Assembly (NCBI GenBank): GCA_965243205.1 | Contig: CBDEUK010000001.1 | Span: 288,001-352,000 of the forward strand | DNA length: 64,000 nt | Origin: Gammaproteobacteria bacterium | GTDB taxonomy: Bacteria > Pseudomonadota > Gammaproteobacteria > Eutrophobiales > Eutrophobiaceae | Direction of reading: 5' to 3' | Shown here: positions 49,017 through 59,011 of the stretch, in pieces | Layout of the letters: every line of letters begins with the position of its first letter | Numbering within the stretch: the first letter of the stretch is position 1 | Made by a program: the position numbers and the translations under genes | The notes under the pieces: generated by a model | The model's database searches: none | What the model was told of the DNA's origin: nothing | The model's input: only the letters and a program-made list of their open reading frames with translations

Positions 49017-50150
49017 ATGTCAGTCCCATTGATTCAACAATACCGCGTTGGAAAATACATCATAGGGAGAAAACTTTCCGGTCAGAAACGCTATCCTTTG
49101 GTACTCATGTTGGAACCATTATTTCGTTGTAATTTAGCGTGCGCTGGCTGCGGCAAAATTGACTATCCTGATGAAATTCTTGATAAAAGACTCAGTTATG
49201 ATGAGTGTATGGAAGCTATTGATGAATGTGGTGCACCAATTGTTTCAATCGCTGGTGGGGAACCATTAATTCATAAAGAAATGCCTGAGATCGTTCAAGG
49301 TTTTATCAATAAGAAAAAATTCGTCTATTTATGTACTAATGCTTTATTACTAGCAAAACGCATGGATGACTATGAACCATCTCCGTATTTAACCTTTTCA
49401 ATTCACTTAGATGGCAATCAAGAACGCCATGACGCTTCAGTTTGTCGTGAAGGTGTATATGACAAGTGTATTGAGGTAATCAAGCAAGCCCGTGACAGAG
49501 GCTTCCGTGTAACCATCAATTGCACTTTGTTCCAGGGTGAAACCGCAGATGAAATAGCTGAATTTATTGATGATTCTAATGCTCTAGGTGTTGAAGGAGT
49601 CACCATTTCTCCTGGATACAGCTACGAACGCGCTCCGAGACAAGATGTATTCTTAAAACGCAAAGAAAGTAAGCAACTTTTCCGTGATATTTTCAAACTA
49701 GGCAAAGGCAAGAAATGGCGTTTTAACCAATCTTCGTTGTATTTGGATTTTCTTGCAGGCAATCAAACCTATCAATGCACACCTTGGGGTAACCCGACTC
49801 GAAATATCTTTGGTTGGCAAAAGCCATGTTACCTACTCGTCGGTGAAGGTTATACCAACTCATTCAAATCGTTGATGGAAGAGACCGATTGGGATAACTG
49901 GGGCAATGGTAAAAATCCTAAATGTGCTAACTGTATGGTACATAGCGGTTATGAGGCTACTGCTGTTGACGATACTTTCAACAGCCCTTTAAAAGCGCTT
50001 AGAGTTGCTTTGTTTGGTCCTAAAACAGAAGGCGAAATGGCACCAGAGCTACCCGTTTGCTACGACGACAGCTCAGTTCAAAAACCTATCTTAATCAGCG
50101 AAAGCAAATCGGGTAAAAGCTGTAGTAGTAATAACCAACGCGTCGCCTAA
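49017..50150 (+). CDS. hpnH: Adenosyl-hopene transferase (radical SAM)
   Basis: RYPLVLMLEPLFRCNLACAGCGKIDYP, CTPWGNPTRNIFGWQKPCY, CANCMVHSGYE. Confidence 0.96.
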   Translation: MSVPLIQQYRVGKYIIGRKLSGQKRYPLVLMLEPLFRCNLACAGCGKIDYPDEILDKRLSYDECMEAIDECGAPIVSIAGGEPLIHKEMPEIVQGFINKKKFVYLCTNALLLAKRMDDYEPSPYLTFSIHLDGNQERHDASVCREGVYDKCIEVIKQARDRGFRVTINCTLFQGETADEIAEFIDDSNALGVEGVTISPGYSYERAPRQDVFLKRKESKQLFRDIFKLGKGKKWRFNQSSLYLDFLAGNQTYQCTPWGNPTRNIFGWQKPCYLLVGEGYTNSFKSLMEETDWDNWGNGKNPKCANCMVHSGYEATAVDDTFNSPLKALRVALFGPKTEGEMAPELPVCYDDSSVQKPILISESKSGKSCSSNNQRVA

Positions 50151-50159
50151 GGTTTTTTA

Positions 50160-51269
50160 ATGCTGGCCCTAGTTTTAGGGACATCAAGCTTGGTAATTTG
50201 GTTGATTATTGCCATTTTGCCATGGCGTCCATGGAGTACCCGCGAACAACTCGATTCAGAGCCAAAATTAACAATCGATCTAAGCGATTTAACTGTACTG
50301 ATTCCTGCGAGAAATGAATCAGAAGTTATTATGCAAACGCTCAGTTCTATTATCGAGCAAGCTCCTAGTACTTCAATCATCCTTGTTGATGATCAATCAA
50401 CCGATGGCACATCTGAATTAGCTCGTTCTTTAAATCATGCAAAACTCACAATTATTGAAGGCCTAAATACGGAATCTGGTTGGAGTGGTAAGCTGTATGC
50501 ACTCGAACAAGGTAGGCAACAAGTTTCCACACCATATGTATTATTACTTGATGCAGATATAGCACTCGAACCTGGGATATTAGCTACCTTAAAGTCTAAA
50601 ATGTTGGTTGAAAAATTATCCATGATTTCACTCATGGCCGAATTAAAAATGCAGACGTTTTGGGAAAAATTATTGATGCCTGCGTTCATATACTTCTTTA
50701 AGTTACTCTATCCATTTCATCTTTCAAACCAAGCTAATACACCTATTGCTGCGGCTGCAGGTGGATGTATTTTATTAAAAACTGATGTACTTAATGAAAT
50801 TGGTGGCTTTGCTGCAATCAAATCGGCTTTAATTGACGATTGCTCTTTGGCAAAAATCGTAAAGCAAAACGACCATAAGATTTGGACAGGATTAACTCAC
50901 TCAGTTATTAGCCAACGTTCTTATAATGATTTATCCAGTATTTGGCTAATGGTGACACGGACTGCATTTACACAGCTATATTTTTCGTATTTTCTTCTTT
51001 TATGTTGTGTTGCATTAATGGGTTTGGCCTATATCGTCCCTATTACTGGAATACTAATTTTTTCAGGATATGCTCAACTATTTGCATTAATAGCATTATT
51101 GATAATGTTTTTACTATATTTGCCAACTTTGTCGTTTTACCGCGTCCATTCGTTATGGTGTATCAGTATGCCTCTAGCGGCTATCTTGTATATAATCATG
51201 ACATGCGATTCAGCACTTAAACACAGCTTTGGTAAAGGCGCTGAATGGAAAGGCCGACGTTATCAATAA
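50160..51269 (+). CDS. hpnB: Hopanoid-associated GT2 glycosyltransferase
   Basis: IPARNE, VDDQSTDGT, GWSGKL, PAFIYFFKLLYPF, AAAGGCIL, LIDDC, WKGR; follows hpnH. Confidence 0.82.
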   Translation: MLALVLGTSSLVIWLIIAILPWRPWSTREQLDSEPKLTIDLSDLTVLIPARNESEVIMQTLSSIIEQAPSTSIILVDDQSTDGTSELARSLNHAKLTIIEGLNTESGWSGKLYALEQGRQQVSTPYVLLLDADIALEPGILATLKSKMLVEKLSMISLMAELKMQTFWEKLLMPAFIYFFKLLYPFHLSNQANTPIAAAAGGCILLKTDVLNEIGGFAAIKSALIDDCSLAKIVKQNDHKIWTGLTHSVISQRSYNDLSSIWLMVTRTAFTQLYFSYFLLLCCVALMGLAYIVPITGILIFSGYAQLFALIALLIMFLLYLPTLSFYRVHSLWCISMPLAAILYIIMTCDSALKHSFGKGAEWKGRRYQ

Positions 51270-51283
51270 ATACTTCTTAATCT

Positions 51284-51919
51284 ATGTTCAATTTTCCAAT
51301 GCTAAACAATCTAATTAAACAATTTGTAATTCAATTTAGCTTAATCAGCTTACTGTTTATCAGTATTGAAAGCATGGCTGCATCCAAAAACGATGCAATA
51401 TCATTAATTAATAATTTTCATTCTGCATTGTTAGACAATATGCAAAACGCTGAATCTTTAGGGTTCCAAGGACGATACGATGCGATTTCTGAATTAATTG
51501 ATGAAAACTTTGACTTTCCACTCATCGCTAAAGTCATATTAAGTCGGCACTGGAAACAGTTTTCTGATGAACAAAAAGCAAAATTCATTGAACGCTTAAC
51601 TGAGCTCACGAAAAGCACTTACGCGGCTCGCTTCAATGAATTCACTGATGAGCAGTTTAATACGGTCGGAACCGATGAATTAAAAAAAGGTCGACTTTTA
51701 GTGAAAACTGAAATCCAATCTTCTACTCAAGAGGTAGTGAGTCTTAACTACTTATTACACCCTATAGAAAATAATTGGAAAATTATCAGTGTGATAGCCA
51801 ACGGTGTAAATGACTTATCACTAAAACGCGCTGAATATTCTGTCTTTATTAAGGAAAAAGGCTTAGATGGCTTATTGAAAGAAATAAACCATAAAATACA
51901 AGAATATGAAAATTTCTGA
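51284..51919 (+). CDS. hpnM: HpnM / MlaC-family periplasmic lipid shuttle
   Basis: FHSALLDNM...GFQGRY, YAARF, WKIISVIANGVNDLSLKRAEY; hopanoid context. Confidence 0.78.
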   Translation: MFNFPMLNNLIKQFVIQFSLISLLFISIESMAASKNDAISLINNFHSALLDNMQNAESLGFQGRYDAISELIDENFDFPLIAKVILSRHWKQFSDEQKAKFIERLTELTKSTYAARFNEFTDEQFNTVGTDELKKGRLLVKTEIQSSTQEVVSLNYLLHPIENNWKIISVIANGVNDLSLKRAEYSVFIKEKGLDGLLKEINHKIQEYENF

Positions 51920-51995
51920 ATTGTGTCGTTGTGATTTCTATGTCAATATCGCTCCTTTAGGGAATCGAGCTTTAACTAATTGAGAGTCAAAAAAG

Positions 51996-52790
51996 ATGTC
52001 AACTTTCCAGTTCAACCAATCGTATATTAAACCAATCTTTATCTTAGGTTTATTACTATCATTAGCAGCATGCTCTGGCGTAGAAACAAAAGGGATTGAT
52101 AACAGTGACCCATATGAAAACGTAAATCGTAAAATATATGGGTTTAATGACGGTTTAGATCGCGCGGTTCTTCAGCCAGTTGCTGAAGGTTACACTAACA
52201 TTACCCCTGAACCAGTTAGATCCAGTATTACGAATTTTTTTGATAATATTACTTATTTAAATGTGATATTGAATGACATATTACAAGGTAAGTTTGATCA
52301 AGCTATGGGAGATAGCTTGCGCTTTCTTTATAACAGCACTTTAGGTATTGGCGGTTTATTTGATGTTAGTACGCCAATGGGTCTTGCTAGACATGACGAA
52401 GATTTTGGCCAAACATTGGCAACCTGGGGTGTTGATCAAGGGGCGTACGGAGTATTACCTTTACTAGGACCTGATACGGCACGAAATACACCTAATATGG
52501 TTACAGAAATCTTATTAAACCCTCTGACATACGTTAGTGGTGGCGTATTAATTCCTGTTACGGCGCTTGGCCTGGTGAATACTAGAGCCAATCTATTAGA
52601 TGAAACACAGTTACGTGATGATGCTGCAGTCGATCCATACTCATTCACACGTGAAGCGTACTTACAACAACGTGAATATAATATCTATGATGGTAATCCA
52701 CCACTAGATGGCTATGATGATATTTTTGAAGACGAAGGCACTTCTACCACAGGTTCAAGCTCTGATTCTGGAACCTTAGTCATAGAATAA
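51996..52790 (+). CDS. vacJ: VacJ/MlaA-family lipoprotein
   Basis: LAAC lipobox, DPYENVNR, NSTLGIGGLFDV, EDFGQTL, DPYSFTREAYLQ. Confidence 0.92.
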   Translation: MSTFQFNQSYIKPIFILGLLLSLAACSGVETKGIDNSDPYENVNRKIYGFNDGLDRAVLQPVAEGYTNITPEPVRSSITNFFDNITYLNVILNDILQGKFDQAMGDSLRFLYNSTLGIGGLFDVSTPMGLARHDEDFGQTLATWGVDQGAYGVLPLLGPDTARNTPNMVTEILLNPLTYVSGGVLIPVTALGLVNTRANLLDETQLRDDAAVDPYSFTREAYLQQREYNIYDGNPPLDGYDDIFEDEGTSTTGSSSDSGTLVIE

Positions 52791-52805
52791 ATTATTTCCA
52801 AATGT

Positions 52806-52833
52806 TAACCACAGTCGCTGTTGGCTGTGGTTA
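52806..52833 (+). terminator. Hairpin after vacJ (probable terminator of the hpn operon)
   Basis: TAACCACAGTC-6 nt-GGCTGTGGTTA stem; the T-run is displaced to about 52850. Confidence 0.55.
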
Positions 52834-52849
52834 TGTGAAATACATCACA
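52834..52849. promoter_or_regulatory. CRP-type binding site upstream of the 17 kDa-type lipoprotein gene
   Basis: Perfect TGTGA-N6-TCACA core followed by TTT. Confidence 0.6.
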
Positions 52850-52991
52850 TTTTTTTTTCATTAAATTTTATCCATTTCCGAACTATTTTATCTTTATAGC
52901 ATTCAAAACTTGTGAAAAAATAATTTGATAGTTTTAATGGAATTTTTTTGCCCATTAGATATCGAAAATTAAAACTCAGAGGAATTTTGAT

Positions 52992-53441
52992 ATGAAAACA
53001 AAGATTTCATTAAGCTTATTAATCGCATCATTTGTTTTAATGGGATGTAACCCAACCAAGCAAGAAGTCGGAACAATTATAGGCGCAGGTTCTGGTGCTT
53101 TGATAGGTAGCCAAATTGGTGGCGGTAAAGGTCAACTTGCTGCGGTAGCAATTGGTACTTTGGTTGGCAGTTACTTAGGCGGAAAAATTGGCGCCAATAT
53201 GGATGAGTTAGACCGATATCGAACTCAAAGCACTTTGGAAAATACTCCTACTGGTGAATCTGTCGCATGGAAAAACCCTGATAACTATAATCAATATAAA
53301 GTAACACCAACCAGAACATATGAAAGCAACAGTGGACCATGTAGAGATTACACCACTGAAGCCGTTATAGATGGTCGACCTGAAATCATTCATGGCACAG
53401 CTTGCCGACAAAGTGATGGCCGCTGGTACGCAATGAATTAA
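52992..53441 (+). CDS. Glycine-zipper lipoprotein (RT0821/Lpp0805, 17 kDa surface antigen-like)
   Basis: LMGC lipobox, glycine zipper, WKNPD, CRDY...GTACRQSDGRW. Confidence 0.9.
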   Translation: MKTKISLSLLIASFVLMGCNPTKQEVGTIIGAGSGALIGSQIGGGKGQLAAVAIGTLVGSYLGGKIGANMDELDRYRTQSTLENTPTGESVAWKNPDNYNQYKVTPTRTYESNSGPCRDYTTEAVIDGRPEIIHGTACRQSDGRWYAMN

Positions 53442-53468
53442 TAAAAGATTTCGAATCCTTCAAAGAAA

Positions 53469-53510
53469 GAGTACCGAAAAAATTAGGATATTTTCTCGGT
53501 ACTCATTTTT
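53469..53510. terminator. Probable bidirectional terminator between the lipoprotein gene and glcF
   Basis: GAGTACCGA/TCGGTACTC stem flanked by an A-rich tract and a T tract. Confidence 0.65.
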
Positions 53511-54722
53511 TTATTTCAATAATTCAACCCAATGTAAAACCGGTATCTCGGTCGCTGCTTTTAAATGCAATTGACAGCCTATATTTGCTGTCACAATAAC
53601 ATCGGGCTTCACTTTTTCAATTGATTTGATCTTTCTACTTTTTAATTCACTAGAAATTTTTGGTTGTAAAATCGAGTAGGTTCCTGCAGAACCACAACAT
53701 AGATGAGAATCTCTGATTGGTAATATCTTATAACCTAACTTATCTAATACTTGTTCTACTACCCCTGTAATTTTTTGACCATGTTGTAATGTACAAGGAT
53801 TTTGAAAAGCCACAGTTTGGTATTTTCGTTTAAAATTTTTATTGGATTGTATTTTATTAATTAAAAACTCAGATACATCAAATATTTTATTCGAAATCTG
53901 TTGTGCTTTATCAAAATACTCAGGATCATTTTTTAAGATTGACGCATAATCTTTTAGCATTACACCGCAACCACTTGCAGTGCTAATAATAGCTTCAACA
54001 TCATTAATAAACGGCCACCAAACATCTATATTTTGTTTCATCTGTTGTTTTGCTTGTTCGGTGGCAGAAAGATGATAATTAATTGCACCACAACAATTTT
54101 CGTTTGATAGTTCAACTGCTTCAATACCTAAGTCAGACAAAATATCTTTGGTCATTAAATTTGTATTAGGTGCTAATGATGGCTGGACACAACCTCGAGC
54201 TATAATCACTTTTGTATGTTTAGGAGTATCTGATTTTTTTTGACTCGGTTTGTATTCTGAATTAATAATTAATTTTTTCTTTAATGTATTTGGCAAAATA
54301 AAATTAAAAGTCCGAGCTACAAATACACTTATTTCAAATATAAAACGATTTGTTAAGAATCGCCTTAATAAATCTCGATAACATCGTCGAAAAAAACTCA
54401 ATGATTCAGTGGAATTTAATTGCGAACGTCCGATATCCAATAATTGGTTATATTCAACACCCGATGGACAAGTTGTTTCACATGCTCGGCACGTCAAACA
54501 ACGATCTAAATGATTTTGTACAATAGACTGTTCAACATCACCTTCTAATAACGATTTGATTAAATAAATTCTTCCTCGTGGGCTATCTCTCTCATCACCT
54601 AAAACTTGATATGATGGGCATGTTGCTAAACAAAAACCACAATGAACACATTTTCGCAAAATCGAATCAGCAGTTTGTCCAAATTCAGTATTGATTATTT
54701 CTGTTTTTAATTCAGTTTTCAT
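53511..54722 (-). CDS. glcF: Glycolate oxidase Fe-S subunit
   Basis: CVHCGFCLATCP, CLTCRACETTCPSGV, two CCG domains. Confidence 0.95.
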   Translation of the reverse strand: MKTELKTEIINTEFGQTADSILRKCVHCGFCLATCPSYQVLGDERDSPRGRIYLIKSLLEGDVEQSIVQNHLDRCLTCRACETTCPSGVEYNQLLDIGRSQLNSTESLSFFRRCYRDLLRRFLTNRFIFEISVFVARTFNFILPNTLKKKLIINSEYKPSQKKSDTPKHTKVIIARGCVQPSLAPNTNLMTKDILSDLGIEAVELSNENCCGAINYHLSATEQAKQQMKQNIDVWWPFINDVEAIISTASGCGVMLKDYASILKNDPEYFDKAQQISNKIFDVSEFLINKIQSNKNFKRKYQTVAFQNPCTLQHGQKITGVVEQVLDKLGYKILPIRDSHLCCGSAGTYSILQPKISSELKSRKIKSIEKVKPDVIVTANIGCQLHLKAATEIPVLHWVELLK

Positions 54723-54724
54723 TA

Positions 54725-55795
54725 CTATAGTTCGTGATACATCTTACCTGGATTTAATATGCCATTAGGATCAAACGCACGTTTCAAGTTTTGATGAAGG
54801 GCCTTTAACGACGAACTCAATGGATGAAATCGTTCTATAGAATTATCTACTGCATAATACAAACTTGCATGCCCACCGATAGATGAAACGATTTTTCTAA
54901 TCTGTTTTTCAGGTAAAGAAGTTTTTAACCAACGTTGTGCACCACCCCAATCAATAATCCACTCACCTTCCAATTCAATAAGTGGCGTACTTTTTGGAAC
55001 GGATAAACGCCAAATATTAATATCTTTGTTTTTAAAATAATCTAACTGATGTTGGTTTAAATCTTTCCAATAAATATTCGGCAGTTCTTGTAGTTTTAAT
55101 TCAGTATTACCCAAAAATCTTTCAATAAAATTTTGTTTGCCTGAAAGGCGAATTTTAAATTGATTATTTTCAAACGCAGCAGCACTAACAGGAACCGATT
55201 GCATCAACCATTGGTTTAAATAATGAGTAAATTCTGAATAAGTGCATTCAAAAGAAAAAGAAATTTCATATTCTGGTTTAGGACCTACCCGTAATGATAT
55301 CTCTGTTAACAGACCTAATGTTCCATATGCACCCGTCATTAAACGCGACACATCATAACCTGCAACATTTTTAATCACTTGCCCACCAAACGACAAATCT
55401 TCTGCTTTTCCATTAATGCAGCGAAGACCTAAAACATAATCACGGACACTACCAAAAAAGGGTCTACGTGCTCCTGAAAGACCTGATGCTACAACACCAC
55501 CAATAGTCGACGTGTTATTAAAATTCGGAGGCTCAAATGCCAGCATTTGATTAGATGAAGCTAGAGTAGATTCAATCTCAGACAATGGTGTGCCAGCATA
55601 AGCTTTAATGTACAACTCTGTCGGTTCATAATCGATAATGCCTTGCAGACCTGACGTCTCAAACAATTGACCCTCGACTGTATTACCTAGAAAAGATTTG
55701 GAGTTGGCACCAATTATTTTTAAAGCTTGTTTATTATGGTATGCATCATTAATAATTTGTACATACTCTTCGATAGTTTGTTGATGAGTGTCCAC
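54725..55795 (-). CDS. glcE: Glycolate oxidase subunit E
   Basis: YEPTEL, FGGQVIKNVAGYDVSRL, DWGGAQRW, FDPNGILNPG. Confidence 0.95.
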   Translation of the reverse strand: MDTHQQTIEEYVQIINDAYHNKQALKIIGANSKSFLGNTVEGQLFETSGLQGIIDYEPTELYIKAYAGTPLSEIESTLASSNQMLAFEPPNFNNTSTIGGVVASGLSGARRPFFGSVRDYVLGLRCINGKAEDLSFGGQVIKNVAGYDVSRLMTGAYGTLGLLTEISLRVGPKPEYEISFSFECTYSEFTHYLNQWLMQSVPVSAAAFENNQFKIRLSGKQNFIERFLGNTELKLQELPNIYWKDLNQHQLDYFKNKDINIWRLSVPKSTPLIELEGEWIIDWGGAQRWLKTSLPEKQIRKIVSSIGGHASLYYAVDNSIERFHPLSSSLKALHQNLKRAFDPNGILNPGKMYHEL

Positions 55796-55801
55796 AATTC
55801 T

Positions 55802-57250
55802 TTAAAAGCGTTCTAATTCCGGGAATGAAGTTTGATTATTATGCACATGCATTTGTCCAAACTCTGCACAACGATTCAAAGTTGGTACTGCTTTTCCTGG
55901 GTTTAATAAACTATTTGGATCGAATGCATTTTTTACAGCATGAAATTGTTCTAATTCAACGGCATTAAATTGCACGCACATTTGATTGATTTTTTCGATA
56001 CCAACACCATGTTCACCCGTAATCGTTCCGCCAAGTTCAACACAAGTTTCAAGGATCTCTCCGCCAAAAGCCTCTGCTTTTTCCAACTCTCCTTGTTTAT
56101 TCACATCGTATAATATCAACGGATGTAAATTGCCATCAGCCGCATGAAAAACATTTGCCACTGCGAGTTGATACTTTTCAGATAATTGATAAATCTTTTC
56201 TAACACATTCGCTAGGTGCTTTCTTGGAATGGTTCCATCCATACAATAGTAATCAGGTGAGATACGTCCAACGGCAGGAAATGCAGACTTTCTACCTAAC
56301 CAAAAAAGTTGGGCCTGGTGTGAATCATTGGCAGTTTTTATCTCAATTGCCCCAAAGCTCTGCATGATTTTTTCAATTCGTTCACAATCATGTTCCACTT
56401 CTTCAACTTGTCCATCAATTTCGCAAATTAAAATAGCAGATGCATCGGTTGGATAACCCGCATGAACAAATTCTTCTACAGCTTCTATAGAAGGTTTATC
56501 CATCATTTCTAAACCCGCAGGAATAATTCCTTCGGCGATAATTTCTGCAACGGCATTGCCAGCAGCAGCAACTTCATTAAAGGCTATCAACATAACTTGA
56601 ACATATTTTGGTTTCGGTATTAATTGAACCGTTACCTCTACAATAACACCGAGCATTCCTTCTGAACCGTGCATCAATGCTAATAGATCATATCCTGGAG
56701 CATCCAAAGCTTGACCACCGACTTCGATCAATTCTCCTTCTATTGTTACAACCTTTAAAGCTGTAACATTGTGCACTGTTAAGCCGTATTTTAAACAATG
56801 CACCCCACCCGAATTCTCTGCAACATTGCCACCGATGCTACAAGCGATTTGTGATGATGGATCAGGCGCATAGAATAAATCATATTGGGCTACTTCCTCG
56901 GAAATAGCTAAATTGCGGACACCAGGTTGAACCCTAGCGAGTCGTTGTTCGACATCAACTTCTAATATTTGATTAAATTTCGCTAAGCTCAATAACACAC
57001 CTTCAGAATGCGGTAATGCACCGCCAGATAAACCGGTTCCAGCACCTCTGGCTACGACAGGAACTTGATGTTTAGAACATAATTTTAAAACGGCCTGAAC
57101 TTCCGCTACCGTATTTGGTAATACAACACATCCTGGAATCTGAGTGTACGCGGATAGCCCATCACACTCGTAAGGCTTGAGAGAAACTGGATCGGTTAAA
57201 ATACAATCATCAGGCAGTATGTTGAGAAGTTCTGATATGAATATCTTCAT
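55802..57250 (-). CDS. glcD: Glycolate oxidase FAD subunit
   Basis: YECDGL, ARGAGTGLSGG, APDPSSQIACSIGGN, GEHGVG, PELERF. Confidence 0.95.
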   Translation of the reverse strand: MKIFISELLNILPDDCILTDPVSLKPYECDGLSAYTQIPGCVVLPNTVAEVQAVLKLCSKHQVPVVARGAGTGLSGGALPHSEGVLLSLAKFNQILEVDVEQRLARVQPGVRNLAISEEVAQYDLFYAPDPSSQIACSIGGNVAENSGGVHCLKYGLTVHNVTALKVVTIEGELIEVGGQALDAPGYDLLALMHGSEGMLGVIVEVTVQLIPKPKYVQVMLIAFNEVAAAGNAVAEIIAEGIIPAGLEMMDKPSIEAVEEFVHAGYPTDASAILICEIDGQVEEVEHDCERIEKIMQSFGAIEIKTANDSHQAQLFWLGRKSAFPAVGRISPDYYCMDGTIPRKHLANVLEKIYQLSEKYQLAVANVFHAADGNLHPLILYDVNKQGELEKAEAFGGEILETCVELGGTITGEHGVGIEKINQMCVQFNAVELEQFHAVKNAFDPNSLLNPGKAVPTLNRCAEFGQMHVHNNQTSFPELERF

Positions 57251-57443
57251 AGATGCTGAGGAGCATAGGATTTATAGGTTTAAAAAACAAGCATATACAA
57301 TTACTATATTCAGCTGGAGTTACGCAGTTTTTGTTATAAAGTTCATAAACCGTCATTTTTCTTCAAACTAAATAAAGCCTCAGCTGATAAGCTGGTATAA
57401 TCATAAATCACGGCATTATAAAAGCTAAATTAAGGATCCGAGA

Positions 57444-59003
57444 ATGAGTGAAGAAATTTTAATAAATGTTACACCTCAAGAAACTCGGGTTGCTGTAGTA
57501 GACAATGGAATATTACACGATGTTTACATAGAACGTTCGCAAAAACGCGGCTTAGTTGGCAATATCTTTAAAGGTCGTGTTTCCCGTGTTCTACCAGGTA
57601 TGCAAGCTGCATTCGTCGACATTGGTTTAGAACGTACTGGCTTTCTACACACATCTGACATCATAGGTCATAACCATAATATTGAAGATGTCGACTCGAT
57701 TCATAGCGATTCACTTGTTCCAATACCAACTATAGAAAGTTTAATACGTGAAGGCCAAGAAGTTTTAGTCCAGGTCATTAAAGATCCCTTGGGCACAAAA
57801 GGTGCTCGGCTGACAACACATATCTCTATTGCTTCACGTTATTTAGTTTTTATACCAGATAACTTTAATGAAATTGGTATTTCACAACGTATCGAAGATG
57901 AAGAAGAGCGTGAACGCCTAAGAAGTATTATTCAAAGCTATAAATCTTATGCTGCAGAACTAGCGGTTAGGAACGAAGGTAATGTAATTTTACACAGCGC
58001 TGTCAGAGAATCTGAGATGGTAGAAAACGGCGGCTTCATTGTGAGAACTGCGGCTGAAGGCGTTGCAGCTGAAGAAATTTACAAAGACATTCAGTTTTTA
58101 CACAAAATATGGGACTCATGTGTGATTCGTGCGGAAAATAGTTACGCACCTGCCATTGCTCATGAAGATTTACCATTAGTGCTAAGAACGATGCGAGACC
58201 TATTAAAACCAGACATCGAACGTGTTCGTATTGATTCCAAAGAGACTTACCAACGAGTGAATGAATTTTCAAAACAGTTTATTCCTGAATTTATTGGACG
58301 CATTGAATACTATTCTGGTGAACATCCTATTCTAGATCTGTACTCAGTCGAAGATGAAATCCAAAAATCGTTAAACCAAAAAGTACAATTAAAATCAGGT
58401 GGCCATATTGTCATTGATCAAACTGAAGCCATGACAACTATTGATGTCAATACTGGGGCATTCGTTGGGCACCGTAATCTTGAAGAAACGATTTTTAAAA
58501 CAAATCTGGAAGCGGCTCAAACTATTGCTAGACAATTACGTTTACGTAACTTGGGTGGAATCGTTATTATTGATTTTATTGATATGCAAGAATCTGAACA
58601 TGGAAGACAAGTTCTACGAGCATTGGAGAAACATCTGGCTCGAGATCATTCAAAAGTTTCCATCAGTGAGATCACTTCTCTTGGTTTAGTACAATTAACC
58701 CGCAAGCGCACTCGCGAAAGTCTTGAACATATACTTTGCGAGCCCTGCACAACCTGTCAAGGTAGAGGCAGCTTAAAAACAATCGAAACGGTATGTTACG
58801 AAATATTCCGTGAGATTTTACGTGAAGTACGCCAGTTTGATGCCAATAAACTATTGGTTGTAGCGTCGTCGGGGGTAGTTGAATATATGCTGGATCATGA
58901 ATCGATGAATGTTGCTGAATTGGAAGAATTCATTGGCAGATCCATCTCTTTTCAAGAAGAAAATACCTATACTCAGGAACAGTATGAGATTGTATTGCTC
59001 TAA
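57444..59003 (+). CDS. rng: Ribonuclease G
   Basis: MSEEILINVTPQETRVA, PGMQAAFVDIG, IDVNTG, LRNLGGIVIIDFIDM, CTTCQGRG. Confidence 0.96.
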   Translation: MSEEILINVTPQETRVAVVDNGILHDVYIERSQKRGLVGNIFKGRVSRVLPGMQAAFVDIGLERTGFLHTSDIIGHNHNIEDVDSIHSDSLVPIPTIESLIREGQEVLVQVIKDPLGTKGARLTTHISIASRYLVFIPDNFNEIGISQRIEDEEERERLRSIIQSYKSYAAELAVRNEGNVILHSAVRESEMVENGGFIVRTAAEGVAAEEIYKDIQFLHKIWDSCVIRAENSYAPAIAHEDLPLVLRTMRDLLKPDIERVRIDSKETYQRVNEFSKQFIPEFIGRIEYYSGEHPILDLYSVEDEIQKSLNQKVQLKSGGHIVIDQTEAMTTIDVNTGAFVGHRNLEETIFKTNLEAAQTIARQLRLRNLGGIVIIDFIDMQESEHGRQVLRALEKHLARDHSKVSISEITSLGLVQLTRKRTRESLEHILCEPCTTCQGRGSLKTIETVCYEIFREILREVRQFDANKLLVVASSGVVEYMLDHESMNVAELEEFIGRSISFQEENTYTQEQYEIVLL

Positions 59004-59011
59004 CTCTGTAT

